Source: Sulfurovum sp. (GTDB lineage: Bacteria > Campylobacterota > Campylobacteria > Campylobacterales > Sulfurovaceae). From it: DNA of 64,000 nucleotides. This document shows positions 1-10,312 of this stretch, one piece after another; positions within the stretch are counted from its first letter, which is position 1; each line of letters begins with the position of its first letter. The notes beneath the pieces were generated by a model. The model saw nothing but the letters and a program-made list of their open reading frames with translations. It searched no databases and was not told the DNA's origin. The stretch is taken from positions 11,001-75,000 of the forward strand of contig JAQVHV010000001.1 in NCBI GenBank assembly GCA_028696055.1, given 5' to 3'. Both the position numbers and the translations under genes were made by a program.

Positions 1-259
1 TCAGTTCATTTAAACTTTCATCATATTGCAGATTATTGGCAATTAATACAATTGGAGGAATATATCTTTTCTCTAATATAGTTTGGGTCAGCCTGTCTAA
101 ATAGACGTTCGTTACAATACCTCTTTGAACATCATAGTCGGTGTAGCGCTCTGGAATTGCTTTTATATATTCCGCTAAAGAACCCTGACACATGTAGCAG
201 GTGCTACTGGTAATTGCTTCTTCTCTGGTAGAAAGAACTTTTAATTTAAAATTGGTCAA
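1..259 (-). CDS. Partial (runs off window) cargo protein, possibly DUF262/ParB-like N-terminal domain (SspE-like position)
   Basis: Not in ORF track. Read manually: GGAG RBS then TTG at 259, open to base 1: MTNFKLKVLSTREE...YDVQRGIVTNVYLDRLTQTILEKRYIPPIVLIA. The QR...IPPIVL pattern resembles DUF262 N-termini. Confidence 0.55.
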   Translation of the reverse strand, partial: MTNFKLKVLSTREEAITSSTCYMCQGSLAEYIKAIPERYTDYDVQRGIVTNVYLDRLTQTILEKRYIPPIVLIANNLQYDESLNEL

Positions 260-269
260 TTTTACTCTC

Positions 270-1133
270 CTACAGTGCACACATACTACAAAATTGATCA
301 TTTTCAAAATCATCAAGATCTTGATCATGTCGTGTTAAGAACTCCATCTCTTCCATCATGGTTCCGTTTTTAATTTTGTGCTTTTTCTTGTACTCTTCAT
401 ACTTTTTGTATGATTCCTTGACGCGTGCAATATTTGCTGGCTTAGCAAATTCTTTAAGCGACATGTCTCTGATCCAGGTGTAACCACCTTGCTCAAATTT
501 TGCAGCTTTCCAGTACTCTTCAGGATGTTTCTCAAGAAGCCATACCCACTCGATCTGGCGCATAAAGAAACAGAAGTAACAGCCTGATCGTGTACGGTTA
601 TAGGTAATGTCAAACTCTTTGTCATAGACTTTTTCATAGTATTTGGGAAGTCCATCTGGTATATCATGATCAGCAAGCTTCTCTTTCAGTATTCGTTTGA
701 CATCATTGAGAGTAATTCCATCTTCGACAAAAGGCATAATGGTATAAAAATTTTCTCTATGTGGTATTAGCCCGGTACGATTTTCATCTGCACGGATACC
801 AACATAGTTATAAATAGTTCCTTCTTTCACATGGTCAATCAGTGCTTCAAGCTTGAGGTGACGTGTACACCATCGCTCAGTTGGCGAAGGTAAGAAATTG
901 TTGTATTGTAACAATAGCTTTTCAAAAGATTTAGGTGGGTATATTTTTTCAACTTTGACTCCAAGAGCTCTTTCAAGCTTTTCGAGGTATTCGTATGTCT
1001 CGGGAAGTTCTTCTCCGGTATCAAAAAATACATATTCAAAGTCGATATCAGGACGTGTATCACGGAGATGAAAAGCAAGTGCAGCGCTGTCTTTACCGCC
1101 AGAAATAGAAAGAATATGCCGAATCTTACTCAT
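270..1133 (-). CDS. sspD: PAPS-reductase family protein, SspD-like (phosphorothioation)
   Basis: SISGGKDS PP-loop, FFDTGEELPETY, LPSPTERWCT, GIRADE, RSGCYFCFF, C-terminal CxxC; follows sspB/sspC-like genes. Confidence 0.8.
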   Translation of the reverse strand: MSKIRHILSISGGKDSAALAFHLRDTRPDIDFEYVFFDTGEELPETYEYLEKLERALGVKVEKIYPPKSFEKLLLQYNNFLPSPTERWCTRHLKLEALIDHVKEGTIYNYVGIRADENRTGLIPHRENFYTIMPFVEDGITLNDVKRILKEKLADHDIPDGLPKYYEKVYDKEFDITYNRTRSGCYFCFFMRQIEWVWLLEKHPEEYWKAAKFEQGGYTWIRDMSLKEFAKPANIARVKESYKKYEEYKKKHKIKNGTMMEEMEFLTRHDQDLDDFENDQFCSMCAL

Positions 1134-4100
1134 TATTCCCCTTTGTAGCTTCTTCAGCCAATAATGCTATTAAGTATAGTTTTTCATCTTTTGTAAGATA
1201 GTTTGGTAGATTATAAAGAACCTTTTCTGCGATCCCGCTGAGTTCCGGTATTTTATTATTCTCTACGGAAACTACCAAATCACTTTCACCATGAAGAGTG
1301 GAAACCTTAAGCTTTTTTACATCAATTGGACGTTCATTGATTAACTCTATGATGTCAAGTTTTGCAAGCACATGTTGAGCAAATCCTTTAATATTGCGTT
1401 TGATGTCCTGAATATCTTTATCAAATGCATCATCTACTTTTTTATGGTTCAAGACTAAAGATAAACCATTTAAAAAAGCAACAAGATCATTGGCTGTTGT
1501 GCACATACGATAGATATCATTAGCATCTTTGTCGTCATGCTCTCGAAGATATTTTTCTAATATTCTTTCTAGCTCATTTCCAAATGGATAGTGTTTATTG
1601 GTTAGATCAAATGAGACCGCAACGGATTGTTCTAGATCGAGAATCATTGCTTTGTAAGAAAAAACTATTTCATTAAAAGCTATTTTGAAAGTATTTATAA
1701 ATTCATTAGTATTTGTAATAGTCAGTGCATCGTAGCCAAGTGCATGTGGAAATACTTTAAAAAATGATGTATGGGGCTCTTTAGAGGATAAGATGCCTGA
1801 ACGCAAACTAATAGCATTATCAGAAAGTTTTTGTGTTTGATGACAATATGTTGGGAGTGCTTTTAGCTTGGTGAAAAGTTTTTGGAAAACAAATTTGATA
1901 TTTTGTTTAGTATAGCTAGTGTCAAAGTATTGATCGAAAATTTGGATGTACTTGGCAAAGATTGTTTTTTCATCGTTAGTAAGCTCATACCAGCAGATGG
2001 TATAAAGCTTGGTATTTTTCCATATGTCCATCACTTGATCCACATCAAAATCAAACTGATATGTATTTTCTCTAAAGAAATGAATATGCGATTCATTTAC
2101 AATCAAAAATAAAAAAACAAAGAATTTTGCAGCATCTTCATTGAGGCCAAAAGGCTTTTGGCGCAATGCATCAATAAGTGTTTCTACTGTAAGGACTTGA
2201 CCTTTTTTCATCAGATTGGTTAGTTCTTGCCATGATGGTGTAAAGTTGCATTGGTCAGGCGTTGAGAATTCATAGGATCTATTTTTTATACTCAGAGTAT
2301 GTAGCCCAGATCGCTTCAGAACTGATAAATAAATAGCTTTTTCTGGTGGTGTTTTATCAATTCCAAGATTTGCTTCGCTTTCATGCTCTATCATATGTTT
2401 GAACAGCATTTTCATACCTGATGGTACAGAATTTTCGTAATTAACGGTGTTTACAAGATCATTGATAATGATAGGCATATCTGGATAAGTGGTTTCAAGT
2501 ATCGTTGAAATACTTTGTTGTAGTTGTTCGGAGCTAAAGGGAAGAGAGTTTCCTGAAAAATACATTTGCTCTTTGATGTCAAGAATTTTGTCAATTTCAA
2601 TTTTGTTTCCATTAAGCATATTCGACAAAATTTTACGCACAAGTTTATTTGCTTGAACATCCTTGCGCTTTAACATTTTTTCAATACCTATTGATTGCTC
2701 AACAATACTTTTGAGATGACAAGTCATTGGGAGGGCAATATAAACAGAAAATGGATTCTTTTTACTTATAGAAATCAGTTCCTTATCGGGAACATCAGCA
2801 CTCACGTAAATGAGCTTAAATGGAGTATTGGCGCTTTTAGATAAATCAGCCTCTATAAACTCTTTTGTAAAAAACTTTGCTGTACCCGTATTAATGAAAA
2901 AACGTTTGGCAAGTACTTTGTCATTTGTAATCAACTTATTGATCTCAGCCTCAAAATCGGTTTTTATTTGTCCTTTCAAAATAATTGCAAGATCCGCATT
3001 AATATCAATACTCGTCTCTTCTATCAAAGCAAATGTATTTGTAGATATTTTATAAAGCAACAGCCCTTTATTTTTGAGCTCTTGAATTGCTCCTTTGATA
3101 TCTTTTTCACTTGGCATAGCAAGCTCCAAAGCGTATTCATCGAGTTGAACTAGATGCTCTAGTTTAAAGGCTGAAATGAGGGCAACTGATTTAATGATTT
3201 TTTGTTGTGTATCTGTTAAAATATTCGTACTATCTAAATACTCATTGGCTAGTTTCCAGGATTCCTTATCAACCATGTTGACACTATATGCATTTAAAAG
3301 ATAGTTTATGTAATCAAAGAGCATAGGCAAGGTATAGAGTGGTTGCTCACTGTACTCGTCTGCGACAAAACTCTGAAATGAATAAGGTTCATAAGCAGAT
3401 AAAAATGAAAATACGGAACGTTGATTTTGGAAATGCTTAGAAAAGATATGAAAGAGTGCTAGCGACGTGAATGGATGTAATGGTGCTAGTTTTTGTAGTG
3501 ATGTTTCATTAACAGGGATGTGTTTACCTACTAAATGCTTTTTGTATCTACTGAACAAGTCTCTCACATGTGATTGTACATTTTTCATAGCATTGTGATC
3601 AGTTACAGTAATGGCCTCCTCAAAGATGTGCATCAGCTCATAAAAGTCGTCCTGGAAAACTATATTTTCAAAACGACCTTGTATCTTATCCCATTCGGTA
3701 AATGAAATTTGAGAAGTATTTTGTACATAATCCTTGAAGCTTTTGTGAAGCGCTACTATGAGGCGGTAATTTTCTTGCTTATTAACAAACTCTGCCAAAT
3801 CCTGTAGGGCATGAATATCCGAATCAAGATACTTTTCAGAAGCATACTCAATTATCTTACCAAGTTCATCGATGAAGATTGCGGCTCCCGTATAGCCGAG
3901 TTTCATTACTTCATCATGAAATACATCAAGAAGCATAGACAATGAGGTGTCTTGATTGGTTTTGATAAATTTATTGGTGACTTTAAGCTCTTTTTTCGAT
4001 TGTAGTGTTGTTAAAAAGATTTGTTTGAAAGAAAGATGTTCCCCAACAAGCTTAATCGTAAAAAATCCCTTATCCTTGTTGCCTACAATTTTTTCATATT

Positions 4101-4380
4101 GCTCAAAAATATTTGACTCTTTATCTTCCAACTTTTGAATGCAGACTGAATGCTCTGTTTTTTTTGCAAGAAGCGCTTCCAAAAAGAGTAAAAAAGATGA
4201 TTTACCTGAGCCAAAAGGACCGGTAATGGCAATAGAATTTGAGGTATTTTGAATGAAAATACGACGTAGTGCTTCTATAGATGATGTAGAGAGAATATAA
4301 GTATCACAGTTTGCATCATAAAGGATATTGGTTGAGCGACGGAAGTTTGACGCTATATTTAGAATTTCGGCATATTTCAT
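1126..4380 (-). CDS. sspC: Large P-loop ATPase, SspC-like
   Basis: Walker A GPFGSGKS, Walker B IFIDELGK, EWDKIQGRF, YPLHP-like APLHP, QNQRSVFSFL; 1084 aa between DUF4007 and PAPS reductase genes. Confidence 0.75.
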   Translation of the reverse strand: MKYAEILNIASNFRRSTNILYDANCDTYILSTSSIEALRRIFIQNTSNSIAITGPFGSGKSSFLLFLEALLAKKTEHSVCIQKLEDKESNIFEQYEKIVGNKDKGFFTIKLVGEHLSFKQIFLTTLQSKKELKVTNKFIKTNQDTSLSMLLDVFHDEVMKLGYTGAAIFIDELGKIIEYASEKYLDSDIHALQDLAEFVNKQENYRLIVALHKSFKDYVQNTSQISFTEWDKIQGRFENIVFQDDFYELMHIFEEAITVTDHNAMKNVQSHVRDLFSRYKKHLVGKHIPVNETSLQKLAPLHPFTSLALFHIFSKHFQNQRSVFSFLSAYEPYSFQSFVADEYSEQPLYTLPMLFDYINYLLNAYSVNMVDKESWKLANEYLDSTNILTDTQQKIIKSVALISAFKLEHLVQLDEYALELAMPSEKDIKGAIQELKNKGLLLYKISTNTFALIEETSIDINADLAIILKGQIKTDFEAEINKLITNDKVLAKRFFINTGTAKFFTKEFIEADLSKSANTPFKLIYVSADVPDKELISISKKNPFSVYIALPMTCHLKSIVEQSIGIEKMLKRKDVQANKLVRKILSNMLNGNKIEIDKILDIKEQMYFSGNSLPFSSEQLQQSISTILETTYPDMPIIINDLVNTVNYENSVPSGMKMLFKHMIEHESEANLGIDKTPPEKAIYLSVLKRSGLHTLSIKNRSYEFSTPDQCNFTPSWQELTNLMKKGQVLTVETLIDALRQKPFGLNEDAAKFFVFLFLIVNESHIHFFRENTYQFDFDVDQVMDIWKNTKLYTICWYELTNDEKTIFAKYIQIFDQYFDTSYTKQNIKFVFQKLFTKLKALPTYCHQTQKLSDNAISLRSGILSSKEPHTSFFKVFPHALGYDALTITNTNEFINTFKIAFNEIVFSYKAMILDLEQSVAVSFDLTNKHYPFGNELERILEKYLREHDDKDANDIYRMCTTANDLVAFLNGLSLVLNHKKVDDAFDKDIQDIKRNIKGFAQHVLAKLDIIELINERPIDVKKLKVSTLHGESDLVVSVENNKIPELSGIAEKVLYNLPNYLTKDEKLYLIALLAEEATKGNNE

Positions 4381-5219
4381 TTGATATCCTTTCCATACAC
4401 TTTGGAAAGTGCCTCTTGAAGTGTAGGTTTGTGATCGATATAGATTTGTTTTATACCGGCTGCTTCTTGATATACGATTCGATTATTGGTTTGAGTACCC
4501 AAATTTTCTAGTTTTTCTAACAATCTTTCTTCGCTCAAGCATAACGTGTATTGTAAGCTTGTTTCGCCATATTGTAAATCTTTGACAGAAAGAGTGTTTT
4601 CTTTGTGGTCACGGATGAAGTAAAGTAGTATATATAAAAATGCTTCATCTGAAAGGTTTGCCGGATTTTTTATATTAACAATATATTCATTGTCAACCTG
4701 ATGAAGTATATTCAGGTCATTGAATATACTAGCAGAAAATTGATTTTTTTCATCATTTCTAAGATACATTTTGCTTAGTACTGTTACATCGCTTTCAAGG
4801 GTATTTGGAGATATTTTAATTGCATGATCTGCGCACCATTTTTCTACTTTATGCAGCAAAGATTCTCTTGTGAAACTTGAGAGAAAAAACTGATTGAAGA
4901 ATAGGTAGTAAAGCGTCGCTTTCTCAATATTTTGTGTTAGATAGGTATGCAGTATCCAAAGAGAATCTAGTTTTTCAAGGTAAGGGTCTCGTGAAAAAAT
5001 AAGATTGGCCGCATCAGTAAAAACTGTGCCATGGAATAAGGTAAATTTATGTGCCCATTGACGAAGAGATTTTACTTTATTACTACCAATGCCAGCTAAA
5101 CTCATGGCTTCCTCAATATTTCCATTCATGATAGCAATTTCACGATAGGATAGAGGAAACCATGATGCTTTACATTCGAATTTTTCATGCCCAGAAAAGG
5201 ATGTTTTATTAAATTTCAT
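4377..5219 (-). CDS. sspB: DUF4007 family protein, SspB-like nickase
   Basis: N-terminal FSGHEKF motif, GIGSNKVKSLRQW, DPYLE..SLWILH, C-terminal EAAGIKQI typical of DUF4007. Confidence 0.75.
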   Translation of the reverse strand: MKFNKTSFSGHEKFECKASWFPLSYREIAIMNGNIEEAMSLAGIGSNKVKSLRQWAHKFTLFHGTVFTDAANLIFSRDPYLEKLDSLWILHTYLTQNIEKATLYYLFFNQFFLSSFTRESLLHKVEKWCADHAIKISPNTLESDVTVLSKMYLRNDEKNQFSASIFNDLNILHQVDNEYIVNIKNPANLSDEAFLYILLYFIRDHKENTLSVKDLQYGETSLQYTLCLSEERLLEKLENLGTQTNNRIVYQEAAGIKQIYIDHKPTLQEALSKVYGKDIK

Positions 5220-5458
5220 TTGTTGTCTGTTCCTCTTTTTACTTCTTCTATAAGTTTTTTGATGTGTATTTTATTTTCATTGTTTTCAATGTATAAATCA
5301 AGATATGCTTTGACCCATTGGGGGCAATTGCCATAGACTCCATGTCTTTTGGCAAACCAGTTCTTGATTGTTGCAATAGGAGTATTGGTGAGTTCTGCAA
5401 AATGCTCTTTGGTTAAGCTAGCAGTAGTTAATTTTTCTTCAAACTCTTCATTATTCAT
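5216..5458 (-). CDS. Small XRE/Cro-like HTH protein heading the ssp operon
   Basis: 80 aa, LTKEHFAELTNTPIATIKNW HTH-like pattern, PQWV motif; stop overlaps sspB start. Confidence 0.55.
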   Translation of the reverse strand: MNNEEFEEKLTTASLTKEHFAELTNTPIATIKNWFAKRHGVYGNCPQWVKAYLDLYIENNENKIHIKKLIEEVKRGTDNK

Positions 5459-5465
5459 TAAATAT

Positions 5466-5553
5466 ACTATAGCATATTTAATGTTAATAACATATAAAAA
5501 TATAATATATTATGTTTAAAACTGTTATTATCATTAATATAGTGTTAATAACA
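5466..5553 (-). promoter_or_regulatory. Extended -10 promoter (TGcTATAGT) with palindromic TGTTAATAACA operator-like sites
   Basis: TGCTATAGT on minus strand 5474-5466, 7 nt from ATG at 5458; palindromes at 5481-5493 and 5543-5553, degenerate copy at 5523-5533. Confidence 0.5.
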
Positions 5554-5705
5554 AATAAATTTTTTATTGTTTTACTTATAAACAAATTGAGATAGTAATA
5601 AACAAAGTGACGAGATTAGACTATTATTTTTTTCAAAGATGCGACCTAAAAGTAAAAAGTGAAAATAATAATTATGAGTCTTTAAAATTTTATACTGAAA
5701 AAGAT

Positions 5706-6848
5706 CTAGTTTTTATATACTTTTGATCCTAATTTACTATAACTGCTAAAAAAATTGCATCCTAAAAATTTTGTTAAATTTGCCTTGTTAATTATTTCTC
5801 CCTTTGACAACAAATACTTTTTACAAGCTTTTATTTCCCCATCAGTAACAATCTTTGAATAAGGCACGTATTGTGGTGAAATATCATTAATTAAAGTCTC
5901 AAACCAAAAAGGCAGATATGTCATATCTCTTGTCGTCTGCCAATGAGTAAGCTCGTTAGCAGCGATATAATCTCGAATATTATGGGGATAATTTAGGAAT
6001 ATGGCTACAATTGATCCAAACAACATAAATTGATCTTTGATGCTGATCTGTGTATATACTGGAGCTGCATTCTTTAGTTTCATATTTTTCCAGCTTCTCA
6101 GTGTGCTGATAGGGATAAACTCTTCTACAAATTTAAACTTTCCATGTTTTAGAATGATTTTGCTTAATTGTGTTAGAACATCAAAAAAATAAAAGGAATA
6201 AATAGGAGTCGATCCTAACTGTACATATCCTTTTCCCAGGATTTCAAAAAGTATTTTTGTATATTGGAAAATATGCTGATAGGAATAGTGGATATGTTGC
6301 GTCTTCGCCCTTGCAAGATCATATCCGCACTTGCAACAAAAAGTATATGGATGTATATTTCGATACATTTGTGAGATATTGAGTTTTGTATTGCATTGTG
6401 GACAAGCATCATACAAAAAACAGCGATGTTCTTGACAGATTGTACAAAGCGTTACTTTCCACTCTTTTCTGAAATACGGTATTTTGTCTTTTTTAAGACA
6501 TGTAGGACAATATCTCAGGGGCGTGATGAATTTATTCAAACCGTTTGGAATAATCTTTTCCTGAAGATATGTATCATATGTTTGAAGTGTTAAAGACTGT
6601 ATATCAATCTCATGCTTGCATTTTTTTGAGATAATGCTCATCGTGTCCACATCTAACGCAACATCGATATTTTTACTGAAAAGGTTTTGGGGTAAGTTCA
6701 GATATAAATGTTCAAATGTGTGAGGATGCGTTTTATGGGCATATGCCATTCTTACAAACCAAGAGCTAAATAGCTCGTTTGGTAAAGGTTTTGGAATGAT
6801 TAAAAAGTCAGATTCTTGAAGTTGTGGTATTTTGACTTTCTTGATCAT
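5706..6848 (-). CDS. tniQ: TniQ/TnsD family target-selector protein
   Basis: PKPLPNELFSSWFVRMA N-terminus; zinc-finger RYCPTCL...W...CQEH.C.LYDACPQC...CCKCG; follows tnsC. Confidence 0.88.
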   Translation of the reverse strand: MIKKVKIPQLQESDFLIIPKPLPNELFSSWFVRMAYAHKTHPHTFEHLYLNLPQNLFSKNIDVALDVDTMSIISKKCKHEIDIQSLTLQTYDTYLQEKIIPNGLNKFITPLRYCPTCLKKDKIPYFRKEWKVTLCTICQEHRCFLYDACPQCNTKLNISQMYRNIHPYTFCCKCGYDLARAKTQHIHYSYQHIFQYTKILFEILGKGYVQLGSTPIYSFYFFDVLTQLSKIILKHGKFKFVEEFIPISTLRSWKNMKLKNAAPVYTQISIKDQFMLFGSIVAIFLNYPHNIRDYIAANELTHWQTTRDMTYLPFWFETLINDISPQYVPYSKIVTDGEIKACKKYLLSKGEIINKANLTKFLGCNFFSSYSKLGSKVYKN

Positions 6849-7786
6849 ATATTCTTAAGATCGGTTTTTTTGTTTGATTCTTGTAACGTAAGGTAGTCAC
6901 ACTCTTGGATTTCTTTTAGAGTAATTTTTTCACTACCAGATCGAATGGCATAACTGGCTGCTTCTTTCATAAGTCCAAATATTTCACCTATATATCCTTC
7001 GCTCATTTCTAGAATGATAGACGCTGATTCAGGATTTAAAATAGTGGATGTTTTATGTAGAGGCATCATACTAACTATTGTTGCTAAAAGGTTTACATAT
7101 TCTGGTCCCATTTTCCATTTCGGCAAATATTCTGGCCTAAATCTGCTACTGATTTGCATATCTGTGCTGATGGTCCGAAGGGCATCTTTTGTTCCGGAGA
7201 GTACAATGGGGATTTGAAGTGTATTGCTAAGGTTTTTTATTGCATTCATTACCTGCTTTTGTCGCGTGGTTGAGCCACTGAGAATTCCATGTATTTCATC
7301 AATAATAAGCATCTCTACATTAAAGATCTTTAAATAGTACTCTACAAGGTATTGTTTTCTTGATAGTGGATCACGTTCTCTGTAGGGAGCGTTGATCATA
7401 TTAAGAATATTTGTATACAAACGAGATTCATTGGGTTCTGGTGGAGCAACGATATACAATACAGGTCTACCTATACCACTATGATCATCAAAAAAATCAT
7501 CTTTTACCCAGTCTGGACGACCACCCTCAACATTATAATCATAAGGAGGATGCAACTCTCCAAATCTTTCGAGTAGGGATGTTTTCCCATTATTACTGGA
7601 ACCAACCAATAGGATACTTGTTATTCTGGATTTGTTCTTTTCATATTTAATGAGCTGTTCCATTCTATTTAAGATGTTTTCTGCAACAGGATAATCAACC
7701 CAAGTTTCCCTTGAAATGTACTCCAGTCTTTCTTCATCTGTTTTTTCAAGGTATTCTTTTGCTTCATCGGATAGTTTAACGAACAT
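6845..7786 (-). CDS. tnsC: TnsC/TniB AAA+ ATPase
   Basis: Walker A GSSNNGKT, Walker B LIIDEIH, QISSRF arginine finger. Confidence 0.9.
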   Translation of the reverse strand: MFVKLSDEAKEYLEKTDEERLEYISRETWVDYPVAENILNRMEQLIKYEKNKSRITSILLVGSSNNGKTSLLERFGELHPPYDYNVEGGRPDWVKDDFFDDHSGIGRPVLYIVAPPEPNESRLYTNILNMINAPYRERDPLSRKQYLVEYYLKIFNVEMLIIDEIHGILSGSTTRQKQVMNAIKNLSNTLQIPIVLSGTKDALRTISTDMQISSRFRPEYLPKWKMGPEYVNLLATIVSMMPLHKTSTILNPESASIILEMSEGYIGEIFGLMKEAASYAIRSGSEKITLKEIQECDYLTLQESNKKTDLKNI

Positions 7787-7797
7787 TTTGTTTCCTT

Positions 7798-9633
7798 TTA
7801 TGATTTCTCATGAACTTTAAAAGTTTGAATATTGTTAAAAAGTTCATTTAAATGGCCAGTATCTTTCGATGATGATTTTTGAGGTTCTTCTTTTTGCAAG
7901 TCAGTCATTTTAATAGATTTGTTCTTACGGAGTTTATTTTTTTTTGTTGCTTCCTCTGCCTTCATTTCTATTTCGGCTAATACATCATATGCTGCAAAAA
8001 TTTCATCTTCTGAGTAATTGGATATATTTTTTCTTTTGAGGTATCTTTTTGTTTCATTTAGATCCCATAAGGTCATTTTAGGCGCATGCATCTTTCTGTA
8101 AAAGACTTCAAAATATTCTTCTACCTCAGGATCGTAAAAATAGATTTTTTGAATATTTAAGGGATCTCTTTTTATTTTAAATTTCTTTTTTGTACCATCT
8201 TTTTCTTTGCTGTTAATCCAAGTACGCAGAACATCAGAGTAGTAAGTAATGCCATCTAAAGTGATACCATCTTTTTGTACAGTGCGATAAAAAGTTTGAA
8301 GGAGTAAAATTCTAAGATGTTCTTCGTTCTCAACTCGCGAAGGCAGTATTCCTGTACCGGGATGATCATCATCACCAAATATGCCTTGATCATATTTATT
8401 TTCAGGACTTGTTCCAAGTCCATGATGATCACGCTTATGATAGATATTGACAATAAATTGGGTAAGCCATTTCTTTAAATAATTCAAGGAGAAGGTAGCT
8501 TGTTTAATTGAGTTGTAATCTCCTTTTTGTTCTACGTTTCTAAAGGTAGTCCCCTTTAAATTGTGTATCTCTTCATTGATGGTTCTAAAAAGTCTTTCAA
8601 CATGTGCTCCAAACTGAGGATTTGCCACCGGGCGCTTCATCAATTCAATATCCAGGTCATCACAAACCTTTTGCATATCGCTCCCTACTAAATCTTGGCC
8701 GTTATCAACATGTATCACACGAGGTGTACCAAATACATTCCATTCACCTTCAACTTCGATATTATGAAGAAAAGCTTCTTTGGGCATAAGTGAATGGAGC
8801 AAACACTGACTGACATTAAAGTAGCCAGGTGATTGTAAAGCTAAGTAAAAACCAGTGACCATTCTGGAATATACATCGATTGCCAATGTTAAGGTTGGTC
8901 GCCCCCGAGTTTCCCCATTTTCATCAACGAGCATGATGTCCAAAGGAGTATGATCTATTTGAACTACATCCAGTGGGTAGTTTCCTTCAGGAAATTCTCC
9001 ATCAAAGTTGTTGTAAGCCTCATGAGCCTTTTTATAACCTTCTCTTTTTTTCATAGCAAGCTTTGGATCTATTGCCTTTATTCTATTTCTCACGGTATTA
9101 GCATGTGGAGCATTTAGGGATAGTTTTCTACACTCCTGTTTGATCAATCGATATATTTTGGAAAAACTCGTTTTCTGCTTAGAGAGATAATGAACTTCGA
9201 GTACATCATCAATTATTTTGTCTACAATAGTATCTAGGCGGCTTCCTTTTTTTCCTCTTTTCTTGGGAACAAGTGAGCTTCTTTTCCCTGTAGTTTCATA
9301 AGTGCGTATCCATGCATAAAGTGTATTTGTGCCTTTGTTGTATTTTTGAGCTTGTTCTTCAACTTCTAGTCTTGAACGGGATCTATACACAAGGTCTTTG
9401 ATAATTTCATATCTTTGATTGGCTTGTTCCCACTCTTCGTCACTGTACTGTTCTAGATTATATTTTTTGTCATTTAAACTGGAGTGCAGCTCCAGGATAG
9501 AGACATTGATAATATTTGTTTTGTCTAGAATAGATTGGATAGTTACGGTTTTCTTATCTACAGGTTTTACAACTTGGTACTCTTCGTTATTATAATACAC
9601 GCTTGAACCAGGAGCGAAGTTAACTTTACTCAT
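7798..9633 (-). CDS. tnsB: TnsB/TniA DDE transposase (Mu-like)
   Basis: VQIDHTPLD, AIDVYSR, HVDNGQD, VERLFRTIN catalytic motifs; Mu-transposase C-terminal RDPLNI..IY. Confidence 0.92.
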   Translation of the reverse strand: MSKVNFAPGSSVYYNNEEYQVVKPVDKKTVTIQSILDKTNIINVSILELHSSLNDKKYNLEQYSDEEWEQANQRYEIIKDLVYRSRSRLEVEEQAQKYNKGTNTLYAWIRTYETTGKRSSLVPKKRGKKGSRLDTIVDKIIDDVLEVHYLSKQKTSFSKIYRLIKQECRKLSLNAPHANTVRNRIKAIDPKLAMKKREGYKKAHEAYNNFDGEFPEGNYPLDVVQIDHTPLDIMLVDENGETRGRPTLTLAIDVYSRMVTGFYLALQSPGYFNVSQCLLHSLMPKEAFLHNIEVEGEWNVFGTPRVIHVDNGQDLVGSDMQKVCDDLDIELMKRPVANPQFGAHVERLFRTINEEIHNLKGTTFRNVEQKGDYNSIKQATFSLNYLKKWLTQFIVNIYHKRDHHGLGTSPENKYDQGIFGDDDHPGTGILPSRVENEEHLRILLLQTFYRTVQKDGITLDGITYYSDVLRTWINSKEKDGTKKKFKIKRDPLNIQKIYFYDPEVEEYFEVFYRKMHAPKMTLWDLNETKRYLKRKNISNYSEDEIFAAYDVLAEIEMKAEEATKKNKLRKNKSIKMTDLQKEEPQKSSSKDTGHLNELFNNIQTFKVHEKS

Positions 9634-10270
9634 GACTGTTTCCTTTCAAGATGGTATTCATTGTCAATCTTTGATGTATATCAATCAGGCTTATATTTTT
9701 AAATACTTCATGCCATATGTATGGGAGATAGTTCAGGTGATCATTTTTATGGGAGGATATTGTTTTCAGCAATTGTTTTACCGTAATGGATTCATGTGAA
9801 TTTTTGAGAATACGTTGAATTTTGGTGGTATAAGAATCATTGGCAGGCAAAAATGCATAATGATAAAGAAACTGCGCATTGTTCAAATAATCATCTTGAA
9901 TATGATGGTCTGTAAAAATCTCAAGTGGTAATAATTTTTTTATTGGGAGAACAGTTTTCAGTACATTTAGTTTTTCTTGTAGGTCTGTATCTGTATCAAT
10001 ATCTTTTTGATATTTAACTTCAAAGACTTTCTGAGAACCATCATAGTAATTGACAAGTGAATCTGGCGTATATTTTGATTTTTTCCCGTTAAGTTCATAT
10101 TTCAACGTAAATGGTTGCTCGCAGTATGACTGAACCATCGGATCAAATTCCAAAAGAAGATAAAAATTTCTTTCGAGTACAGATTCAAATGCAATTTGGT
10201 TTTTGTTTTTAAAGCTTTTAAAATATCCGGTACAAGATATATAGCTCTTTTTTATTTTTCTGACACTCAT
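9626..10270 (-). CDS. tnsA: TnsA endonuclease
   Basis: FESVLE..F..LLEFD, EQP, YTPD, EVK motifs; likely start ATG at 10270 (MSVRKIKK); the longer ORF runs through the end repeats. Confidence 0.88.
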   Translation of the reverse strand: MSVRKIKKSYISCTGYFKSFKNKNQIAFESVLERNFYLLLEFDPMVQSYCEQPFTLKYELNGKKSKYTPDSLVNYYDGSQKVFEVKYQKDIDTDTDLQEKLNVLKTVLPIKKLLPLEIFTDHHIQDDYLNNAQFLYHYAFLPANDSYTTKIQRILKNSHESITVKQLLKTISSHKNDHLNYLPYIWHEVFKNISLIDIHQRLTMNTILKGNSHE

Positions 10271-10312
10271 GGTTAGATTATAGTTAAAAATAAAAATATT
10301 GACAATGCAATC

